NCBI RefSeq assembly: GCF_964204645.1
Contig: NC_134030.1
Span: 3,204,778 to 3,268,777, forward strand
Length of the DNA stretch: 64,000 nt
From: Tubulanus polymorphus
Taxonomy: Eukaryota > Animalia > Nemertea
Direction of reading: 5' to 3'
The stretch's first letter is position 1. Each line of letters opens with the position of its first letter. The notes below the pieces were generated by a model. It did no database searches and was not told the DNA's origin. It saw only the letters and a list, made by a program, of their open reading frames with translations. Both the position numbers and the translations under genes were made by a program. Below, piece after piece: positions 12,087 to 37,900 of the stretch.

Positions 12087-13286
12087 TTATATGAGATAAT
12101 TTCATGTATATCAAGTTACCTTCTATGATTGCTGGGTTCATTATCGGTATCTCGTAAGTTGGTCGGTTGTTGAATTGGATTCAAATTGGCCTTTCCTGTG
12201 CGCTGTTCTCCAATCGGCAGATTTTAAACGAGTTGTTGATCTAAAGCGCGGCAGTTTCATATAGGATTGACGGTAGCTGAAATGAGAAAACAAAGATATC
12301 CTGTAAATACAAATATTTCATCCAGAATTAATCGTAATAATTTCATGTATATCAAGTTACCTTTTACGATTGCTGGGTTCCATTATAGGCGTGGATCTCC
12401 TAAGTTGGTTGGTTGTTTAAGTTTTATTTGAATCGGCCCCGTCGAGATTTTGCCAATAACTATATCACAAGGTTGAAGATAATTTTACAATATTTGGTCT
12501 TCTTCATGTAAATTAGTCCGAAAAATTACAAGGTTGAATAATTTTGTCTAATTTATACAATTCTTTGGTCTTTTTTTCATGTAGTCCGAAAGTTTACAAG
12601 GTAAAAGAGAATTTTGTCTAAGTTTTTAAATCGGAAATCGAAGTACAGATATAGTTGTGTGATCGGCGATCGAGCTTACAGAATCTTCTTAATTGGAAAT
12701 TCGGCGGTGCCTCGACGTCGGGTTGACGGAGTTTGAGCAGACCTGGAAATAGAAAAATCAGAGACGACAGAAGTATGATGATTATTGGGGGGTTAAAGGA
12801 GAGAGGACTCAGGGGGAGGCCTTAGGAGATCTTAAACACTCCAGTGTTTGGTGTAGACAGTTACTAACTACAAACCCATTACACCTGCTGAGAGTGAAAC
12901 GGTTTGATTTTGAATTTCGAAATCGAAGTACAGCTATAGTTGTGTGATCGGTGATCAAATTTACAGAATTTGTTGGAAAAATCGAAGTACACAATTGGAA
13001 ATTTTGGAACCAATGACGTCATTTGCTGTTAGATATTGGATGGAGATGCCGAACTTCACTGGCACCCCCAATTTCCCTAGCAGCTATCCGTCAGGCCACG
13101 GATGATAACCCAAGAATAATAAATCAACTTAGCTTTATGTGGCGTCTTCACGGGCTGTCGTCAGATCCCAGCGGCGGTTGAATCTCTGGAATCTCTTCTT
13201 CATCGTCTTCCTGGCTTCTTCGTCATCGCCTTCTTATGGGTAACCTGAAATGAGAGAAAAGAGGGAACGGAGATAAAAACCTGGTA

Positions 13287-13939
13287 TGGAACAAAACTAA
13301 TGTCCGAAAGCTTTTCAGCTCTCCTTCGCCGGTCACGTGCCGAGAACGACAGCTGACGAGTCAGCCAGGAAACACTCGTCCCTACGTGCCTTCGCGCGGG
13401 GAACGCAAACCAGGGCGCCAACACCTCACATTCATCACCTACCTACAGGATGTGCCGGGCGGTATCAATAACTGACAAATCTGCCAGTTACTAAAGACAA
13501 AAGAGAGTAGCGCTAACTGAGTCAAACTAGAGTTAACTAGTTGCCGATCGAGAACAAATAGAAGTGCCCGGAAAACCAAAGGTCAACAATAGCCAGAACT
13601 AGAGTTAACTAGTTGCCGGACGGAACAACTCAGAAGAGAAGTTCTGCCGGAAAACCAAAGCGACCAATGGCCAGAACTAGTGTTAACTAGTTGCCGGAAC
13701 ACAACTACAGTCCTGCCGGAAGGGTGACCAGTATCACACCACTCAATCTTTTACCCCTAGTAATCTGATAGATTCGACAGTCATTGACGTCACTCAGTAC
13801 ACACTGTAGGCAGATAATGATGTGAGGCATTGTCGTCCTAGTTTGCATTCCCTGTGTGAGGGCACGTAGGGACATCATTTCCTGGCCGACTCTTACCGGC
13901 GAAGGAGAGCCGACGCTTTCGGATATTAGTTTTGTTCCA
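13287..13939. repeat. Long imperfect inverted repeat (arms ~13287-13448 and ~13804-13939) around three internal repeats
   Basis: tggaacaaaactaatgtccgaaagc...ctctccttcgccggt...gtccctacgtgcc matches the reverse complement of the right arm. The spacer has 3x aactagagttaactagttgccg. Confidence 0.85.
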
Positions 13940-14499
13940 TAAGATATTAAAAATCGAGAGAGAAATCGGCCCTGAAATATAGAACGGATTAATTGCTGAA
14001 AAATAGAACGAGTTAATCGCTGAAAAATAGAACGGATTAATTAACACAGAACAGTACAGGACAGTACGGAGACGAACAGTAACACATAAAACATAAAGAC
14101 GTCGTTCCTCAGGAAGCAGGAACAGGAGCGCAGCGAAGATCGCCAGGATCATGATCGCCAGGAGAATCCACGGAAGCATGTCTGCACAGTGTGAGAGAGC
14201 GGAGGTGAATGAATGAATGGTTTCCTATGCTTAATACATACTGTGGTCAACCGGTGACGTATTCAATAGGGCGTGTGAATATACCGCAATTGTGTCTCTT
14301 TGACTCTATTGTTGAATGGGTTTACATTGAGCGAGAGCTAATAATAGGGCCGACGAGTAGAACACGCGCCAGTAGCCAGCTGAACAATATCGTAGAACTT
14401 TAATAAAGACCACTGGAGATAAATTACTTGATTCTCCTCAACAACTCCTCTCCGAATTTAGCGCCGCCTGTTTTTAGGCGTTTTTTGTGGCCGATAGAT

Positions 14500-14528
14500 C
14501 ATAGAACTATAACGTTTATAGTTCTATG
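14500..14528. mobile_element. 29-bp palindromic micro-insertion with 7-bp TSD (P-element-like CA..TG ends)
   Basis: gatagat|catagaactataa-cgt-ttatagttctatg|gatagat. Confidence 0.7.
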
Positions 14529-14949
14529 GATAGATCGAGGGTAGATGAGCAGGCAGTGATAGGTCATCGCGCATAGTGAATTATATGGAAGACCTGGAGG
14601 GACATGCCAGTTGCTAGTTGCTAGTTGCCAATTGCTAGTTGCCAAATACCATTAGATAATTGTTCTCCGCCCGCTAGCGCCACCTCGGTATATACCTTTT
14701 GTTATTCATTGCCGCGAAATTGCATGATCAAAATTATGATCATGAACCCTATAAAACCAAAGTTGGCATAATACATCGATAAAATGCAAAAATATCTCAT
14801 TCAATCAGAATCATATTTGATGTACTTGATGTATTTGATGATATTAATTATTTTAAAACCAATCTTAAAACATTTCTTTTTACTCAGTATTATGATAACT
14901 AATGTTTTATTAAAACAATATTATTATCTTATCTTAAGGTATTCAATAT

Positions 14950-15020
14950 TGTAAACCGCCTTGAAACGCAGTGGCGGTATACATGTATAAATAAGATTAT
15001 TATTATTTTGTTATTATTTA
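14950..15020 (+). mobile_element. LINE (L2/CR1-like) 3' tail remnant
   Basis: Stem-loop gtaaaccgcc...ggcggtatac followed by aaataa and (att)n. Confidence 0.5.
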
Positions 15021-15215
15021 TGATGCTGAATACAAGAGGGGTGTCCTGGGTTCGAACACAGTACCGGTAATGACTGACTGATTCAGAATGATCCTGATGC
15101 AGAATAGAGGATGTATAGGGGTGTTCCGGGTTTAAACCCAGTAATTACTGACACTGAGTGGTCCTGATGCTGAAAAGAGGATGTACAGGGGTGTCCCGGG
15201 TTCGAACCCAGTCAT
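15020..15215. repeat. Second locus of the ~74-bp gggttcgaaccc satellite
   Basis: Same unit as at 4580-5860, about 3 copies. Confidence 0.85.
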
Positions 15216-15532
15216 TACCCATTAGTTACATTTTACAAAATTAATTCTCCAAATCTAGAACAGCCCAGCAAGAGTGACGAATACCTTTCTCTAAAAGTCA
15301 AAAAACAATAAAACAACATCTAAATGAAGAAAATATATAGCCTACAATGTTTATTTTCATCACTGAAAACAGTTCAATTTCAACAAACATTTGGTAAAAA
15401 TTTATAAAACTACATCATATTTGCAAATCGAACTATTAGTATTTCATTTTTATGCGGGAAGGGAACCCAGACGGTCCTGGTCAGTATCTGTAAGCCATCA
15501 GTCAGTGTCTACGTAAAACAATACAATACACT

Positions 15533-15642
15533 GGGTCCAGTTCCACAGTTATGAGTTAAGACTTAACTCTGAGTTAACTAATTGGAAATGAACTAACTTT
15601 AACTCAGAGTTAACTCTAACTCACGACTGTGGAACCGGGTCC
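15533..15642. mobile_element. Harbinger-like MITE (ccagttccacagtt TIR family); related copy at ~25795-25908
   Basis: TIR gggtccagttccacagttatgagtta / taactcacgactgtggaaccgggtcc. Confidence 0.7.
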
Positions 15643-16511
15643 ATATGATTAAAATATGCTTTAGAAAAGTCTTCAGATTACTCGTTCAGATAAACAACAC
15701 ACCAGAAATATTCAGTTAAGTCAAGATGCATTACAGAATTTTCCAGAACATTCCAGACGACTTCTGATCTAAGAGGAGGCGTAGAGGTAGGCAGAAACAT
15801 GGAAGATTTAATTCCATAAATTTTCTGCAGAGCTCCGATTTAGGAAAGGGTGGCTGTTTATATTGAACGATAGGATCGCGTTGTTCTGTTGTATATTTCC
15901 GAAAAGTTTGCCCAAACAATGACACCTCTGTACATACGACTGTAATGAACTTGATCGAAAGCTCGACGTCAGTAACTAATATTTTGTCTATTCTGGTACG
16001 TGTACTTCTCGTGGGATTTTTCATCATTTGATCCTCTCTCTCTTTCTGCATTCAAGAACAACGAATAAAACAGATTGATTTGTATAGATTGCATTTTTTC
16101 TATTTTATTATCATACAATATAATAGTATATTATAAATTAAATACATCGAGCGAAAAACAAAGAATGACAAACTTCTCCAATTCCCATCAACATTTCAGA
16201 TTCATTCACATTAATCCAAGAGAAATGAAAAACTCATCTTATACCAAATTACACAGTGTATCATCACTTCAACGCATTATTTGTAATGGCAGATACAATT
16301 AACAGCTAATAATGAACTCGCATCAGCACAAGAAGTCATTAGTATAACTAACACCTTACAGACATCAATAGTCAGAACAAGTGAGGCGTATAGTAGTATA
16401 TACATAGTATAGTCTATTCATGTTTTCACTCTATCGGATAATATTTCACAAACTGAACGTCCAGTGAAGTTTTCTTCACAGATATTTTTCAATATTCCAG
16501 CTGAATCAATA

Positions 16512-16730
16512 AACAGTGAGTTTAAACACGAGTGAACAGTTTGGACACGAGTCAACATTTTGAACACGAGTGAACAGTTTGAACACGAGTGAACAGTTTG
16601 AACACGAGTGAACAGTTTGAACACGAGCGATCAGTTTGAACACCAGCGAACAGTTTGAACACGAGCGAACAGTTTGAACACCGGTGAACAGTTTGAACAC
16701 GAGCGAACAGTTTGAACACCGGTGAACAGT
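16512..16730. repeat. 19-bp minisatellite (~11 copies) in COPA 3' UTR
   Basis: gaacacgagtgaacagttt repeats beginning immediately after the COPA stop codon. Confidence 0.9.
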
Positions 16731-16731
16731 A

Positions 16732-31398
<14,667 letters not shown>

Positions 31399-31947
31399 TT
31401 TAACGATTAAAACTAATTAGTGAAGCAGTAATTAGTATAAAACCGGTGTATTTTGCTATCAACTAGAATCCGACGTGGATTGACTTCCGCATTCACACGT
31501 CACTCCAGTAGTAGACTGGTTGCCTGTCCAACTCTGCGCCCGGTAACCAGTCTACACGGTCGACTAGCCGCGCCGAATTTCGGTTAAGAATTTGTGACTC
31601 AGAGAACTGATACAGGTCTCAAGGTCGCCGAGCGAATTGCGAATCTGTCATTTTTCGATGGACGAATTTTCCCGAAAAACTGTCATTTCTGTTTAATATC
31701 AGTACGTCTCATCGATATGAACTCATAGAAAATGAAGCCGTGAAACCTATAGATTTATTCCAGTTAAAAATATGTCGATTGAATGCTACAAATTGTTGAC
31801 TGGTGATTAGTTTTCACGGGAAGAAGATGCAGAAATAGCGAATACTGAAGGAAGTGAAGAATACAGCGTTGAATAGGCCCCTACTGGAATGATCGTTGTC
31901 ATATGTTTACTATGATGATTAATTCATAATCTCCTCCTCTCTGGACA
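31399..31947. promoter_or_regulatory. Bidirectional promoter region shared by COPA and LMLN
   Basis: The two start codons are 550 bp apart and divergent. Motifs: GACGTGG (31472-31478), CACGTCA (31496-31502), ACTTCCG (31483-31489), and an 11-bp inverted repeat at 31511-31555. Confidence 0.7.
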
Positions 31948-34900
31948 ATGACTGACCTATATTTGATGCTTTATCTCCTCCTGCTACTAGCGGTTTCTAC
32001 GAAGTGTCACTCTTGCAGGCACCAGGTCCCTAAACCTGATGAGGTAGGAATGATAGAACCCATATTATTCTTGTCGAAGACGTGTATCCTAATGAAAGCC
32101 GGATGGAGAGTACTAAACTAACTTAGACTCATCCCACATGCAGACTCCACACCACACACCAGACAACGCAACCATACACCGGGTTATTCCGAGTGTAAAT
32201 GAGTTATTTATTTTCGATAAAATTTGAACTTATTTTAAGCTTTCAAATACAAATATCGGTCACCAATAAAGGCGAATTTATCTTGTCAAATCAGATTTAA
32301 TTTTCCATATAATAATTTGCTAGTCACGTGTAATCTAATCAAATAAGATTTTCACAACAGGATGAATTTGACGACTTGTTCAAAACGGCTGACAAGAAAA
32401 TACTGCCCAGGTTTTTGAAATATTATTTCCTATGAATGAGTTTCAGTTTCACTCAAGTTTTGACCATCTTATATCAATTTTTTGAAAAAAAAATTTGAGT
32501 CCACCATCTTGGTACCGATGTATATCTTACTGTCACTGTGAAATGTTTCAGGTTGTTCACGGAGTTGACTTGGAAGCACATCACGTGATTCGCAAACGAA
32601 GTATTTCTCAAAATCTGCGCATTCGAATAATATTTGATTGTAGTCTCAATGATCTTGACAAACAGAAGAAAGTTTTCATCGAGGTTTGTTTTACACATTG
32701 AGCAATTCCAGCTGCTCCGCGGTTTAAATCAATTCATTTTCAAATCTTTATAACCTTAGCGTGGAACAGGGTCCCAATATTGATAAGCATTGCGAAATTT
32801 GAATCAACAGAATCTTTTTACATATATTTGATTATTTAGGATGTTGTTCTCCCAAAAGCTGTCGAATATTGGCAGAAAACTCTAAAAGTTCGCAAAACTT
32901 CTAGAAATATCCGATTATTGAGGTGAGTCAAATCTATTTAAACCTCACGGCTTGACTGTGCAACTGACCCCAGAAGCTTATCCGTGAAAAGTGCTCTTTA
33001 AATCAATATCTTGGGGAATTATTCATAGTTTAACTTGTTTCTAACGTGTAGTTTTCTATACTATTTTTAGACAATGCAGTTCAAAATACATACAGTATAA
33101 ACCTGGAGACCCGTATCATTATTGTGTTGGTGGTTGTAAGAATGTGACTATGTGTGGAGATGTTCAGGTACCGGAGGAACATCTTGATGTAAGTAACACT
33201 TGGCCTCAACTGAATTCAACAACCTTTTTGACTCTAGTGAATTTGAAAATAGTTTCTGAATATCCTAGATATCAAACCGCACGGGGTACCCCAATTTACT
33301 CAAGCCCATGTTGTCCTGGACCCCTATACGCAATATATCTCATTGAATGATTTGAAGTTTCTTTCCTCTCAACCCGCTGAGCACCACTCAAGGTATCATT
33401 TAGTTTTGCCCAAACCTGCTGGTCCTGTCATCTTCTGGTTCTTAACAATTTCAAACCAAGAAGTAGAAACAATGAAATTTTTTGGCTTGTTTTGAAGATA
33501 ACATTGAAATTTTCAAATATTTTTGTGAAATATCACTGTTCAAAACATGTCTGATTTTGGCTCAGTGCTTCCAAAGGGTTCCAAAGGGAAAAATTGTCTA
33601 ACTCCTGAAAGATTTTTGCATTATTCTTTTGTGAGCTCATTTTGGATGATATTGACACTACATTGAGACAATTCCAAGTCATATTTCTATAGAAATAGGA
33701 CCCTTCTTACTTGACTAATAAATTTTTTGTAGAAATCTGAATTTCAGTTCGGGGAATTTGAGATCTGGATCAGGGAAACATGAGGAAATTTGGGATAGAA
33801 ATAACTGCAGGAACCCTGTGTTTGATACAGAAAAAAATTCACAAAGAAATCAATTTCATACAGTATTGTAGGATGTGTCCGAAAGGTTTGTCGTGTAGAA
33901 TTGATGAAACCGATAGTTACCGAGGTTCCGGTATAGAGGGCGCTGATTTCGTATTATACGTGTCGACTAAGAAAACAGAAAGATGCGGCTACGGCACGAC
34001 GGTCGCGTATGCTGCATACTGTCAGCTAGAGGGCGCTTTCGATCGGTAAATCTATTGTTTTCTTACTACGTGAAATCTAACTAAACTGTTTGACTATAAA
34101 CTGTAATGATGATTGTGAGGATTATTTTTCAGACCAGTAGCTGGTTATGTTAATATTTGCCCGAGTTCGATATCTCTCGAGAGACATGACGTTACGCAGG
34201 TCATTTCAACGATTAAACATGAGATTCTACACGCCCTGGTAATTGTATTTCATTGTGTTTGACTAGATTCATAAGGCTAAAACATGATACCTTGTTTCTC
34301 CTAATCGGCCAGGTCATTTTGTAAACCGCAATTAAAATTCCTAATCAGTTTATTTCTATGGTTGCCGACTTATGGTTATATAGATCATGATTTTAAGAAA
34401 AGTAATGTACAGGGTAGATAGGCGGACTGTTATTAGATGATAACTGCATGACAACTGATTCATATATTATAAACTGTGTTATGATTAAGTTATTTTCTAT
34501 TTCGAAGGGATTTTCTGCAGGATTGTATGCGTTTTATCGCGACAAGGAAGGTGAACCTTTGACCCCTCGTTTATCATCTACTGGAAAACCAGCTTTTAAC
34601 AAAACGTAAGTCATAACTAAAAAGAAACATGTGAACAGAGGTGGATTTAAGGGTACAGACCTGCCTTCTCACTGAGATAGCTCTTTACATCAAGACAGAG
34701 ATAATTAAAACCTATAAATTTGACATATCAGAAACAAAATCTTTTTAAGATGTATTTCTTGAAAAACCGGCTTGTGGTAGAGTGACTGCAGCTTTTTCCG
34801 ACATTCTTTCTGAAACCCTGTCTTTCAATTTTCACAAACCTGCAGTCGATTTCAGCTGGTTTTATAGACCAGTGTTAAACTAGGGTTAGTTTTAACTGGA

Positions 34901-37900
34901 ATGGCAATAAATTGAAATGAAATGTTGTTTTTTCAGAATGGAATTGTATCAGTGGAGTAATCGCGTGGTGAAGGAAGTGATCAGACCTCACTGGAAAATA
35001 CGCACCGGATTCATAGAACATCGAGTTCAAATGATTGTAACGCCAAGAGTCATAGTAAGTATAGATTAACAGGATCCAGTTCCACAATTCTCAGTAAAAA
35101 CTCGTTTCTTGAAAATCAGGGAGAAACCAGGGATACCTATAGGATTTTTGGTGTCTTAATATCCTTGCTGGTGAGGAGTGGCATGAGATATCTCTTAAGA
35201 AAAAAAAACAGCCCCTGTTGAGAATATGTTATTATTGAATCGGGAAATATGAAGAAATTTCGGATTCCCTGATCTTGTAGAACCCAGAGATACACATCTC
35301 CCTCATCTTAACATCTAGCTACCTAGTTAACTACATGCCTAATCGTTTAGTGGTAAGCTTTTGAAACCAGATGGGTTTATATGTGGTTTGTGAATATATA
35401 AGATCGTGAAACTAAACCACAGACAGGTGACTGACTACTATCTACCGACACCATCATTTCCCATAGACCGAACTTCATTGATATGAATTGAACGTTTTAA
35501 ATCGCATCCAATATTTCAGAATGAAACGAGGAAACATTTCAATTGTTCAACACTTGAGGGCGCTGAAGTCGAAAATCAAGGTATCGTAGGTACAGCTTTA
35601 ACTCATTGGGAAAAACGGGTATTCGAGGTAAGATCCATTCAAGATGTTTCACTGTGTTTTCAATACATAAACAGATACAAAAAACAGTTTATTTATGTTT
35701 TACAGAATGAAGCAATGACTGGAACGTACACACAGAATCCACTGATATCTCGTATAACACTAGCTCTGATGGAAGATACCGGGTATCTACAATTAGCATT
35801 TTCATTTCATTTTCATTTATTTGACAATCTTATGATCATTTATAATACAAAAACAACAGGTTATAACGTTATAACATAAGTTTGTCTGGGGATTCAAAAA
35901 ATCCGTTAGGATTGTCCAGTTGAATCCCCGAGCATAACTAACATCATATCAATCAGTTGAATGAATAAGGGGAACGATTCCCCATTTTAAGTTAAAATCA
36001 ATCTGACTCTTGAATGAAATAGTTGTTAATAGTCTTGACCAGGTCCCCGTGTCTAATTTCAGTTGGTATAAAGCTGATTATAGTCAAGCTCAGGATCTGC
36101 AATGGGGTAAAAATCTGGGATGCGATTTCGTCAAGAAGAGCTGTCTACACTGGATGGATAAACAGAAACGCAAGTACGATCAAAATAAATGAATTCAATA
36201 CTGTTCATCTACAAACGTTATAATCCAGTTGCATCCAGAGTTTAGATTTGACTCAGAGTTGAAAATTTATGTTAACTCAAAATTAATTCTAACTCACAGT
36301 AGTGGAAGGAAGTGGATCCTGTTCATAGTTTTCGATTAGACATAAATTCTCTCTGAGGTACAACGCAAATTTCGGGGTAGGGAAAGGTCATGAACTGTAG
36401 ACGAACTTCACGAACTGTAGAAGAAAGTTTGTTATGTATTGTCAGGCAGGGCACGACAGTTCGGTGGGATTAGGTGTGATGCTGAGTGACAAGCAGGTTC
36501 GAGTCCCGCTGGCTGCTTACAATGTGCCATCCTCCCTCGGCAGGGATTCGAACCTGATGGCATCGAGATTGCCACGGCACGAAACCCTGCCATAATCGAC
36601 CGTGTGCGCAGATACATGCGCAGTTCAGATGATGTGATTTTTAGCCAATCAGAAATCCCGTTTTATTCTAGCCCGGGTTTTCCCATTTATAGTTCTTCCT
36701 TGAAATTTGCCTCAACGTTTAAACAACGAGCAATCTGATTGGTGCCGCCAGTTTTCGTTCGGAAAGCTGCGCATGTACCTGCGCACCCGGTCTAATGATG
36801 CAGGGGTTCGTGCCGTGGCTGAGTGTAGCGATGCCATCAGGTTCGAGTCCCTGCAGAGGGAGGATGACAATGTGCTTGCAACACCTTCAAAAGCCGCGGT
36901 CTCGTCGTGAGGTTAAAAGAACGATCCGATTATTCATTGATTGTGTTTGTAGAAAGAAAGCGATTCATCCGTTCTGTAAACGAGTGAAACTAAGCAGCGG
37001 TTTACAAACTGAATGCACTGATTCTCTGAAAGCTATGGCATTGTGTAATCTAGTAGAATACGACGAACCATTACCGCAACAATATCAGGTTAGAATTCAA
37101 ATGATAATGCAAGATTTAAACACATGGAATAAATAACGAGACGAGTAGCACTATATAGGTTAACTATTTATTTGACGCACCGAGCTTTCGCTACTAATGA
37201 GTGAATGACTCATTCACCTGATGAAGCTTCTATACATTAGAAAGTAGCGAAAACATGTGCGTCAAATAAATAGTTAACCTATATAGTACTACTCATCTCG
37301 AGATGAGTAGTACTACGTATATAGGTTAACTATTTATTTGACGCACCAAGCTTTCACTACTAATGTATAGAAGCTTCATCAGGTGATGATTGACTCACCT
37401 CATTCACCCGATGAAGCTTCTATACATTAGAAAGTAGCGAAAGCTCGTGCGTCAAATAAATAGTTAACCTATATAGTACTGCTCATCTGGCATTCTAAAC
37501 CCGGTTAACACGGGGCCCTACTCTACAATTCTCTCAACACGTGGAATAAATCTGCATTGATGACCCTTGATAGAAAACTGTATCCGTGTTGTGACGATAA
37601 TATATTGGGAATCCCACGATAATATAACAAAAAATAATACAAAGTTCGAAAATGTTATACATGTAGTTCATATGACGTTTCGACTTTATTCTAATAGCAA
37701 TCTTCAGGTTTGGGTATTATTGTGGGATTCTCAATATAAAATCTAAAGAGTGTTTGCTACGTTTGAATTTACAGTATTTTAACAAGTTACCGAACATCCC
37801 GAAATCATCGAAACTCGCTCATTTCGGGGGAGCAGTTTTACTCGCGGATTTCTGCCCTTACATACAGGTAATATTGATATTCATTACTGTAATCAACTTA

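Larger units (their letters stand above)
10150..14240 (-). ncRNA. Putative multi-exon long non-coding gene built from tandemly duplicated exon-intron units
   Basis: Six ~220-300-bp related units (10480-12450) each keep AG|GTAAGT, GTAGG or GTAAC donors and pyrimidine-rich TAG/CAG acceptors on the minus strand. The three exons I translated have stops in all frames. Further acceptors lie at ~12742 and ~13244, and Inr-like TCATTC with upstream TATTAA lies near 14205-14237. Confidence 0.5.

Noticed and set aside
14310-14443. Solo LTR (TGTTGA...TCAACA with AATAAA)
   Set aside because: Only 134 bp, flanks do not form a TSD (tctat vs actcc), and there is no second copy in the window.
35783-35790. 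U12-type intron donor in LMLN (gtatctac)
   Set aside because: Does not match RTATCCTT, and no U12 branch site was seen.
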